Shown: positions 25,028 to 32,000 of the stretch, piece by piece
Layout: each line of letters starts with the position of its first letter
How positions within the stretch are numbered: the first letter of the stretch is position 1
Program-made: the position numbers and the translations under genes
Notes under the pieces: model-generated
Databases searched by the model: none
What the model was told of the DNA's origin: nothing
Seen by the model: only the letters and a program-made list of their open reading frames with translations
From: Pseudidiomarina andamanensis
Lineage (GTDB): Bacteria; Pseudomonadota; Gammaproteobacteria; Enterobacterales; Alteromonadaceae
Reading direction: 5' to 3'
DNA: 32,000 bases
Assembly: GCF_009734345.1 (NCBI RefSeq)
Contig: NZ_CP032551.1
Span: 1,260,001 to 1,292,000, forward strand

Positions 25028-25061
25028 ATTATCTAGATACTTTATGACACTTTTATGAAAG
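25028..25061 (-). promoter_or_regulatory. PhoB-autoregulated promoter of phoBR (Pho box plus -10)
   Basis: The minus strand reads CTTTCAT-AAAA-GTGTCAT (25061 down to 25044), then exactly 10 nt, then GATAAT (25033 down to 25028). This closely resembles the E. coli phoB Pho box (TTTTCATAAATCTGTCATA). Confidence 0.75.
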
Positions 25062-25079
25062 TCAGCAAATTTGTGACAT

Positions 25080-26276
25080 TTATTTTAATTGAATGTCGAT
25101 CCACACCAATCGATGATCAGACGACGCGCCTCGTGTTTGCACCAATTCTGCTTTCGGTTCATTTGCCGTTGGCCAAAACACACCTGACTGAATTAACTCG
25201 ATACCATACATCGATGGCAACACGTAATCGGCACGCTTACGCCAGCCTGCAGTGTGTGTGGATGCTTGCGGGTTGTCGGGTGTATGTTGCGCACCGCCAA
25301 CACTTGTTGGTGTTTTGTCGGCATTCACTAACGAATGTTCTAGTAACTGGTCGATGGCACCGGGGACATTGTCTTCGCTTTCAACCGATGCATTCAAGTC
25401 ACCAGCAATCACGAATGCTTTTTCAGCACCTAGTCCGCCTGTTACGCCATTGTCATCGTAAATATAATCACTCAGATGTGGCTGTATATAGTCGGCCCAA
25501 AACCGAATTTCATCGAAATTACGGCGACCATTACGGTCTTCTTTTCCGTCAAAAACTGGTGGCGTTGGATGACTTACGAGTAAGTGCAATTCATGCCCGT
25601 TCACGTTAATTGGCACATCCCAGTGCGACTTGGAGCTAAGACGAAACGCTTGCCAGGCTTCGGCGCTGTAAAACGGCTCGGAAGTATTAGGGTTGATTGG
25701 CGCCAACGCGCCCGGCATGTCTTTCCATTTGAATAACTGGAACGTGCGGACATGGTCGGTTTTGATTGGGTATTTGGATAAAACCACCATACCGTATTGC
25801 CCTGGATACCAGCCAAAGCCCCATGCATCATTACCGGTGCCACTGGCCACGCCATCACCGCTTAAGTCATAAGGGCTCGGCATGCCGGTGTTAACCGGTG
25901 CGAGATACACGTAGGGATAATCGATTGGCGATTCACCGCTCTGACTTTGTTGGAGGTAATCGCTTCGAAAAACATTAATACCTTGGTTCACATCAACATA
26001 GTCAAATTCGTTTAACACCAACACGTCTGGGCGCGTGTGCTGAATAATTTCCGCGATGGCTTTAATTTGCGGGTGTTGCTGCGCTAACGCATCGGTAAGC
26101 GCTGTTGCGCCCTGCGTTTGAACTTGTTCGTTCGTTAAATAATTACTGGCATCCATGCTCACGTTGAAGGTAGCAACGCGCAGTGAAACTGGTTCTGAAA
26201 TTTTTTCTGGGGGCATATCGCATCCTGCTAAATAAAGCGCAGATAAAGACAATATAAGGGCTGTACGGATTTTCAT
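25080..26276 (-). CDS. Endonuclease/exonuclease/phosphatase (EEP) family lipoprotein; predicted phosphodiesterase or nuclease
   Basis: 398-aa ORF. It has the lipobox LSALYLAG|C with Asp at +2. The EEP catalytic strings appear in the canonical order: LRVATFNVS, VLVLNEFD, VIAGDLNAS, ASSDHRLVWIDI. Confidence 0.85.
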   Translation of the reverse strand: MKIRTALILSLSALYLAGCDMPPEKISEPVSLRVATFNVSMDASNYLTNEQVQTQGATALTDALAQQHPQIKAIAEIIQHTRPDVLVLNEFDYVDVNQGINVFRSDYLQQSQSGESPIDYPYVYLAPVNTGMPSPYDLSGDGVASGTGNDAWGFGWYPGQYGMVVLSKYPIKTDHVRTFQLFKWKDMPGALAPINPNTSEPFYSAEAWQAFRLSSKSHWDVPINVNGHELHLLVSHPTPPVFDGKEDRNGRRNFDEIRFWADYIQPHLSDYIYDDNGVTGGLGAEKAFVIAGDLNASVESEDNVPGAIDQLLEHSLVNADKTPTSVGGAQHTPDNPQASTHTAGWRKRADYVLPSMYGIELIQSGVFWPTANEPKAELVQTRGASSDHRLVWIDIQLK

Positions 26277-26372
26277 CGGAAAGAGCTATCCTTTTGCGGG
26301 CATGCTACGACAGATAAAAAGCATAAAGGTTCAATTTATACGATGCAATTGTAAAAAAAATTGCGTAAAATA

Positions 26373-26407
26373 CTGTCATATTTTTGACACAGTACGATGC
26401 TATAAAT
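26373..26407 (+). promoter_or_regulatory. PhoB-dependent promoter reading toward the TonB-dependent receptor (Pho box plus -10)
   Basis: The plus strand reads CTGTCAT-ATTT-TTGACAC (26373-26390), then exactly 10 nt, then TATAAAT (26401-26407). This architecture is the same as the pstC, pstS and phoB promoters in this window. Confidence 0.7.
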
Positions 26408-26712
26408 CCACATCGGTGGATTCAGGTCATTATATTGCAGTTTTTACCTGATCTCGTCATTGTCTAGGTTATAGGACGAAAAAATGAGTCACGGTTGGCG
26501 AAATTCAACGTATCGCATGCAACGATATTGGGGCAATCCCATTCGTTGGTTTGTTTGTTTTTCGTTATCTTGTTGTTCTGCATTCTATACTTTTTTCTTC
26601 TCTGTAATCTTCAATAAAAGTAATTCTAATTCGGCTTTGAACGCCATGTTCAATCCAACCAATCCAGAGTTTTTTTCTTACTGTAAAACCACAACCCAAG
26701 GGAAACATCAAC

Positions 26713-29700
26713 ATGTTTAACTGCAAACAAACACGTATCGCAGCAGCTGTTGCTATCGCAATGGGCTTTTCAGCCTCTGCGTTTGCACAAGACACTGCCT
26801 CTGCATTGCGTGGTGTTATTACTTCAAATACTGGCAATACCCTTGCTAATGCTGAAGTAGTAATTACCGATACGCGTACTGGCGCATCGCGTACTTTGAC
26901 AACTAACGAGACAGGTACTTTCTCTGCTCGTGGTTTGGCTGTTGGCGGTCCATACGTTATCACGGTAACTGACCCAGCAACTGGCGCGACCAAAGAACAA
27001 GAAGTTTACTTAACCTTGGGTGAAACGGCGAACGTTAACCTGATGGTTGAAAGCAATGTTGAGCGTATCGCTGTAACTGGTACTTCAATGTTGAACAATA
27101 ACTACGGCGGCACTGGTCCTGCAAGTAACTTCAGCTTGCGTGACCTTGAAGAAGCGCCTGCTATCAACCGTGACATCAAAGACATCGTGCGTATTGACCC
27201 ACGTATCTACATCGATGAAACTTATGGTGATGGTATTCAGTGTGGTGGTGCAAACCCACGTTTCAACAGCTTGACTGTTGACGGTGTTCGCATGAACGAC
27301 AACTTCGGTTTGAACTCAAATGGTTACCCAACAGAGCGTATGCCATTTGCGTATGATGCAATTGAGCAGGTTGCTGTTGAATTAGCACCTTTTGATGTGA
27401 AATACGGTGGCTTCACCGCATGTAACATCAACGCGGTAACTAAATCAGGTCAAAACGAAGTTAAAGGTAGCGTGTTCTTTGATTACACCAACCAAGATAT
27501 GCGTGGTGACAAAATTGAAGATACTGAACTTGATCAAGGTCAATTCAGCGAAAAACGTTACGGCTTCAGCGTTGGTGGCCCAATCTTAGAAGATCAGTTG
27601 TTCTTCTTCGCTGCCTACGAAAAATATGAAGGCGCAGTGAAGTTTGATAACGGCGCTGGTGATGACCCAACTGCTGGTAACCCAATCTATGGTGTGTCTA
27701 CCGCACAAATTCAAGAAATCGCGCAAATCGCACGTGAAGTATATGGCTACGAAGTAGGCGATCCAATCGCTTCAGCACCAGTAGAAGACGAGAAATTGTT
27801 GCTGAAATTAGACTGGCAAATCAACGATGCTCACCGTGCTGCGTTCACTTATAACTGGAACGACGGTGGTAACATTCGTCAATCAGATTCATGGGCATAC
27901 GAATTCTCTAACCACTACTATGACCGTGGTACTGAGTTAAACGCTTATGTTGCTGAATTCTACTCAAACTGGACCGACAACTTCTCAACTGAAATTCGTG
28001 CTGGCTACCAGAAAGTTGATAACCGTCAGGTAACTTTGGGTCCTAAAGATTTCGGTGAAGTTCAAATCGAAACTCGTTTTGACCACGACAACGACGGTAT
28101 CGAAGACAGCGCAACTGTATTCTTAGGTGCTGATGACTCGCGTCAAGCGAACAAGCTTTACTACGATACGCGCTACCTCAAACTAGCTGGTAACTACTTC
28201 ATGGGCGACCACGTTATTACCGCTGGTTTCGAGCGTGAAGAGTTAGACGTTTACAACTTATTCGTACAGCACTCACGTGGTGGTGAATACCGTATCTATA
28301 TTCCACGTGATAGCAATGATCCAAACGCAGCAATCGATTTGTTCCGTCAAGGTATTGTTGACCGAGTCTACTACGGTAGCGCTGCTGGCACCAACAACCC
28401 TGAAGATGCAGCGGGTGCGTTCCAGTACGAAATCAATACCCTGTATGTACAAGACGAATACTACATGTACGAGCAAGACTTGACGTTGACTTACGGTCTT
28501 CGTTACGACTGGTATACCAGCGATGACTTGCCACGTGAAAACCAAAACTTCATCGATTTATATGGTTACAGCAACGCAACCAACTTCGATGGCGAAGGTT
28601 TATTACAACCACGTGTCGGTTTCAACTGGAAGCCATCTCTTGAGTTAGAAGTACGTGGTGGTTTCGGTCTTTACTCTGGTGGTAACCCGAACGTTTGGAT
28701 TGCGAACAACTATCAAAATGATGGTATCACGCAAATCCAATTACAAGAACGTGGCGTTGATTTGAACGCTGTCGACTTATCAGGTGAAGGTCGTCCATTC
28801 TACGACGTACCACAATCAATGTACGATGCGGTTGCGAATGCTAGCGGCAACAGCCCAGTAAACTCGTTTGACCCGAATTTCCAAATTCCAAGCGAATGGA
28901 AATATGCATTGGGCGCAACTTATACCTTCGAAAACCAAATGGTATTGATGGGTGACATTCTTTACACCAAGCGTAAAGATTCAGCTGCAATCATTGATTT
29001 GGCATTCGAACAAGTTGGCGTAGCATCTGACGGTCGTCCGGTTTATTCAAACCCAAACGGTCGTGAAGGCGATTATCAGTTAACTAACGCAGATGATGCT
29101 GGTAGCCAGTTGAACTTGTCACTTGCATTGAGCCATGCTTATGACTTCGGTCTTGATTGGTCGGTAGCTTACGCTTACACCGATTCAGAAGAGAGCCAAG
29201 CAATGAGCTCTTCAGTAGCTGGTTCGAACTTCTCGCAAACCGCTACTTCTGACATGAACTACTATGTTTCTGCTCCAGCGAACTACGAAATTCCACATCG
29301 TTTCACTTTACGTGTTAACTATGGTGTTGAGTTCTTCGACGGTTTAGAAACTCGCTTCAGCTTGTTCGGTCAAGCGAACAAAGGTCGTCCATATAGCTTC
29401 GGTTTAGACGGTCGTGACTTGTTCGGTGACACTGCTAACCGTCAATTGTTGTACGTACCTACTGGTGCTGACGACAGCAAAGTTATCTTTGGCCCAGACT
29501 TCGATACAGATGCATTCTTCGCATATGTTCAAGAAAGCGGCTTAGATAAGTACGCTGGTGGCATTGCTCCACGTAACAGCTTCTACAGCAGCTGGTGGAA
29601 CAAGTTTGACTTGAAAGTAACTCAAGAACTTCCAGGGTTTGCTGATGGTCACAAAGCTAACATGTTCTTCGTAATCGAGAACATCGGTAACTTGTTGAAC

Positions 29701-29877
29701 AGCGACTGGGGTGTGTTATATCAAGCAGGCTTCCCACAAATCGAACAGATTGTAGAAGCATCTCTTGATGACGAATACAACGTGGTATACGAGCGCTTTA
29801 ACCAGCCTAACCCACAACAACGTGAAACTGGTCCATCACTTTGGGAAATGCGTTTAGGCATTAACTACAAGTTCTAA
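26713..29877 (+). CDS. Oar-like TonB-dependent outer-membrane receptor with an N-terminal carboxypeptidase-regulatory-like domain
   Basis: 1054-aa ORF with the signal peptide MFNCKQTRIAAAVAIAMGFSASAFA|QD. The CarboxypepD_reg-like segment is LRGVITSNTGNTLANAEVVITDTRTGASRTLTTNETGTFSARGLAVGGPYVITV. The TonB-box-like string is VERIAVTG. The plug contains IQCGGANPRFNSLTVDGVRMND. A long beta-barrel ends in the aromatic terminus ...LGINYKF. Confidence 0.93.
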   Translation: MFNCKQTRIAAAVAIAMGFSASAFAQDTASALRGVITSNTGNTLANAEVVITDTRTGASRTLTTNETGTFSARGLAVGGPYVITVTDPATGATKEQEVYLTLGETANVNLMVESNVERIAVTGTSMLNNNYGGTGPASNFSLRDLEEAPAINRDIKDIVRIDPRIYIDETYGDGIQCGGANPRFNSLTVDGVRMNDNFGLNSNGYPTERMPFAYDAIEQVAVELAPFDVKYGGFTACNINAVTKSGQNEVKGSVFFDYTNQDMRGDKIEDTELDQGQFSEKRYGFSVGGPILEDQLFFFAAYEKYEGAVKFDNGAGDDPTAGNPIYGVSTAQIQEIAQIAREVYGYEVGDPIASAPVEDEKLLLKLDWQINDAHRAAFTYNWNDGGNIRQSDSWAYEFSNHYYDRGTELNAYVAEFYSNWTDNFSTEIRAGYQKVDNRQVTLGPKDFGEVQIETRFDHDNDGIEDSATVFLGADDSRQANKLYYDTRYLKLAGNYFMGDHVITAGFEREELDVYNLFVQHSRGGEYRIYIPRDSNDPNAAIDLFRQGIVDRVYYGSAAGTNNPEDAAGAFQYEINTLYVQDEYYMYEQDLTLTYGLRYDWYTSDDLPRENQNFIDLYGYSNATNFDGEGLLQPRVGFNWKPSLELEVRGGFGLYSGGNPNVWIANNYQNDGITQIQLQERGVDLNAVDLSGEGRPFYDVPQSMYDAVANASGNSPVNSFDPNFQIPSEWKYALGATYTFENQMVLMGDILYTKRKDSAAIIDLAFEQVGVASDGRPVYSNPNGREGDYQLTNADDAGSQLNLSLALSHAYDFGLDWSVAYAYTDSEESQAMSSSVAGSNFSQTATSDMNYYVSAPANYEIPHRFTLRVNYGVEFFDGLETRFSLFGQANKGRPYSFGLDGRDLFGDTANRQLLYVPTGADDSKVIFGPDFDTDAFFAYVQESGLDKYAGGIAPRNSFYSSWWNKFDLKVTQELPGFADGHKANMFFVIENIGNLLNSDWGVLYQAGFPQIEQIVEASLDDEYNVVYERFNQPNPQQRETGPSLWEMRLGINYKF

Positions 29878-29897
29878 TTTGGATAAGTATGAACAAA

Positions 29898-29925
29898 GCC
29901 CTCGCATCTGCGGGGGCTTTTTTTT
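29898..29925 (+). terminator. Intrinsic terminator of the receptor gene
   Basis: GCCCTCGC-atct-GCGGGGGC (8-bp stem including one G-U) followed by T8. Confidence 0.8.
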
Positions 29926-29960
29926 ATGATGCGCACACGTTCATTCAGTTAAAGAAGCTT

Positions 29961-30410
29961 ATGAATCACGAGTTTTACATGCAGCGAGCTCTCGAGCTTG
30001 CCGCAATTGCCGCTGAGCAATACGATGAAGTGCCCGTTGGCGCTGTGTTGGTGTTAAATGATGAGATTATTGGTGAGGGCTTTAATCAGGTGATTACGCT
30101 CAATGATCCATCGGCTCATGCCGAAGCGCAGGCTATTCGCGCTGCAGGCAAGCACTTAGGCAATTATCGCTTAGTCGATACCACGCTTTATGTCACTTTA
30201 GAACCATGCGCAATGTGCGCGGGGCTAATGACCCATGCACGGGTGAAAACGTTAGTCTTTGGTGCAAGTGACCCACGTACCGGCGCTGCTGGAACCGCTA
30301 TCGAGGTCATCAATCACCCAAGTATGAATCACAAAATTGAAGTGATTAGTGGTGTATTGGCTGACGAATGCGGGGATATTTTGCGGCAGTTTTTTCGAAA
30401 ACGCCGATAA
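29961..30410 (+). CDS. tadA: tRNA-specific adenosine deaminase
   Basis: ORF 29889..30410 would start inside the upstream terminator, so it is trimmed to the ATG at 29961. MNHEFYMQRALELA parallels E. coli SHEYWMRHALTLA. The zinc motifs HAEAQAI and LEPCAMCAG are present. Confidence 0.9.
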   Translation: MNHEFYMQRALELAAIAAEQYDEVPVGAVLVLNDEIIGEGFNQVITLNDPSAHAEAQAIRAAGKHLGNYRLVDTTLYVTLEPCAMCAGLMTHARVKTLVFGASDPRTGAAGTAIEVINHPSMNHKIEVISGVLADECGDILRQFFRKRR

Positions 30411-30427
30411 ATTGTGAATTCAAAAGG

Positions 30428-30453
30428 AAAGCCCGGCATGAAGCCGGGCTTTT
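30428..30453. terminator. Bidirectional terminator between convergent tadA and purL
   Basis: AAA-GCCCGGC-atgaa-GCCGGGC-TTTT, a 7-bp all-GC stem with A/T flanks. Confidence 0.75.
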
Positions 30454-30466
30454 CATTTATGTCTAC

Positions 30467-32000
30467 CTAACCTAAGTAAACGCGTGCGTTGCGGAACATA
30501 CGCATCCATGGGCTGTCTTCGCCCCACTCATCCGGGTGCCAGCTGTTGGCAACGGTACGGAATACACGCTCAGGGTGCGGCATCATAATCGATACACGAC
30601 CATCTTTCGTGGTTAGTCCCGTGATGCCTTCAGGTGAGCCGTTCGGGTTCGCCGGATAGGTTGCTGCAACATCACCTTTATTGTTGATGTAACGCATGGT
30701 TACCAAGCCTTCGGCGTTCACGGTAGCTAAGTCATTGCCTTTGAACTCGGCACGGCCTTCACCATGTGACACCGCGATTGGCATACGCGAGCCAGCCATG
30801 CCTTCAAAGAACAACGAGTTGTTCTTTTGTACCTCAACCAAACTGAAGCGTGCTTCAAAACGCTCCGAACGGTTGGTAACAAAGTGTGGCCATGCTTCTG
30901 CACCAGGAATCAGTTCTTTCAGGTTTGATAGCATTTGACAGCCGTTACACACACCGAGTGCAAATGTTTTGTTGCGCTCAAAGAATGCCGCAAACTCATC
31001 ACGCGCACGGCTGTTGAACAAGATTGACTTCGCCCAACCTTCACCAGCGCCTAAAACGTCACCGTAAGAGAAACCACCGCAAGCCACAAGGCCGTTGAAT
31101 TTCTCGAGGCTAACACGACCACTGAGAATATCACTCATGTGCACGTCAATGGCTGCGAAGCCGGCGCGATCAAACGCTGCTGCCATTTCCACATGCGAGT
31201 TCACACCCTGCTCGCGCAAAATCGCAACCATTGGGTCACGCCCCGTGTTGATATATGGCGCAGCAACATCTTCGCTCACATCAAAGCTTAAGTCAGCGAA
31301 TAAGCCTGGGTCATTTAAGTTTTGTTTCGCGTCAAATTCTTCGTCAGCGCATGCTGGGTTATCACGCAAACGCTGCATTTGATGCGTTGTTTCGGCCCAG
31401 ATCGCACGATAGTGGCTACGCAGATGGGCTAGCACCTCTTCGCCGTTACGGTTAAAGCGCACGACATCTTCGCGCACCGGACGACCGATAACATGTACAC
31501 AGTCTTCCAAACCATGTTCCGCGTACACGGCCATCACCTGCTCAAGATCTTCGACACTCACTTGTACCACTGCACCGAGCTCTTCGCTAAATAGTGCCGC
31601 TAAGTCGTCGTCGCCTAAGTTATCAAGCGCAACTTCAACACCACAATGGCCAGCAAAAGCCATTTCAGCAACCGTTGTAAACAAGCCGCCATCAGAGCGA
31701 TCGTGATACGCCATCAACTTCTTGTCGTGAACCAGTTGCTGCGTTGCATCGAAGAAACCTTTTAATGTTTCGGCGCTATCAACGTCAGGTGTGACATCAC
31801 CAAGCTGCCGATAAACTTGTGCTAGCGCAGAACCACCAAGGCGATTTTTGCCGCGACCCAAGTCAATTAACACGAGCTTGCTATCGCCTTTATCCATGCG
31901 TAGTTGTGGCGTCAGGGTACGACGCACATCGCGAACTCGACCGAACGCGGTGATCACTAGGCTCAATGGCGCAGTAACTGCTTTCGAGCCGTCGTGGTCT
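30467..32000 (-). CDS. purL: Phosphoribosylformylglycinamidine synthase, C-terminal ~511 codons (the 5' part lies beyond the right edge)
   Basis: The M at 31966 in the ORF track is really an internal TTG (Leu). The frame stays open to 32000 (hand translation [22 protein letters not shown], compare E. coli ...SPLSLVISAFARV). The C-terminal glutamine-amidotransferase motifs are [15 protein letters not shown] and MMPHPER. Confidence 0.95.
   Translation of the reverse strand, partial: DHDGSKAVTAPLSLVITAFGRVRDVRRTLTPQLRMDKGDSKLVLIDLGRGKNRLGGSALAQVYRQLGDVTPDVDSAETLKGFFDATQQLVHDKKLMAYHDRSDGGLFTTVAEMAFAGHCGVEVALDNLGDDDLAALFSEELGAVVQVSVEDLEQVMAVYAEHGLEDCVHVIGRPVREDVVRFNRNGEEVLAHLRSHYRAIWAETTHQMQRLRDNPACADEEFDAKQNLNDPGLFADLSFDVSEDVAAPYINTGRDPMVAILREQGVNSHVEMAAAFDRAGFAAIDVHMSDILSGRVSLEKFNGLVACGGFSYGDVLGAGEGWAKSILFNSRARDEFAAFFERNKTFALGVCNGCQMLSNLKELIPGAEAWPHFVTNRSERFEARFSLVEVQKNNSLFFEGMAGSRMPIAVSHGEGRAEFKGNDLATVNAEGLVTMRYINNKGDVAATYPANPNGSPEGITGLTTKDGRVSIMMPHPERVFRTVANSWHPDEWGEDSPWMRMFRNARVYLG

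Noticed and set aside
25055-25609. 184-aa plus-strand ORF from the ORF track
   Set aside because: It lies entirely antisense to the well-supported EEP gene and to the phoB promoter. It has no SD and a low-complexity His/Arg/Leu-rich composition typical of a shadow frame.
26345-26364. Inverted repeat GCAATT-gtaaaaaa-AATTGC just upstream of the receptor Pho box
   Set aside because: It has short AT-rich arms and no flanking U-tract on either strand. It could be a regulator site, but the sequence alone gives no support beyond chance in AT-rich DNA.
26537-26580. Possible third, degenerate copy of the heptamer element (cgttggtttgtttgtttttcgttatcttgttgtt) in the receptor leader
   Set aside because: Only isolated CGTTNNT-like units are present, with no consistent 7-nt register. 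The resemblance could be T-rich compositional noise, and a genome-wide alignment would be needed.
26414-26712. Cobalamin or another known riboswitch in the long receptor leader
   Set aside because: There is no B12-box-like string and no multi-stem GC-rich core. The region is pyrimidine-rich with only short 4-6 bp hairpins. An unknown RNA element cannot be excluded.
26565-26993. 142-aa minus-strand ORF overlapping the start of the receptor gene
   Set aside because: It is antisense to the receptor signal peptide and N-domain. Its Val/Ala/Thr-rich sequence mirrors the codon bias of the real gene, and it has no ribosome-binding site.
29889-29960. N-terminal extension of tadA in the ORF track (173 aa)
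   Set aside because: The proposed start lies inside the stem of the receptor-gene terminator. Alignment with E. coli TadA supports the ATG at 29961.

Overview
This is a core chromosomal segment of a gammaproteobacterium with moderate GC. The proteins resemble marine Alteromonadales-type genomes, but that is inference only. The left 13.8 kb is collinear, from memory, with the E. coli K-12 block gcvP-gcvH-gcvT-ubiI-ubiH-pepP-ygfB / zapA-ssrS-ygfA-rpiA-serA. It carries two extra genes: a LysR regulator divergent from gcvT, and a secreted amidohydrolase between the 6S RNA gene and ygfA. The rest is a dispersed Pho-regulon neighbourhood. In order it holds phoU-pstB-pstA-pstC (long-form permeases), asnA/asnC, a hicAB toxin-antitoxin pair, pstS-phoR-phoB, an EEP-family lipoprotein, a divergent 1054-aa Oar-like TonB-dependent receptor, tadA, and the 3' part of purL. 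Four promoters (pstC, pstS, phoB, the receptor) each carry a Pho box exactly 10 nt upstream of a -10 hexamer. I saw no CRISPR array, tRNA/rRNA gene, transposase or integrase. I did not find a clear-cut new multi-gene system. The least explained signals are: (i) CGTT[A/G]TT heptamer arrays at two gene junctions, one forming a ~30-bp hairpin; (ii) the Pho-box-driven receptor, its ~300-nt leader with a start-overlapping 78-codon ORF, and the adjacent EEP phosphoesterase lipoprotein; (iii) mirror-oriented Pho boxes lying over the asnA stop codon. The ORF track uses GTG/TTG as M and often over-extends N-termini, so several starts were trimmed by hand.
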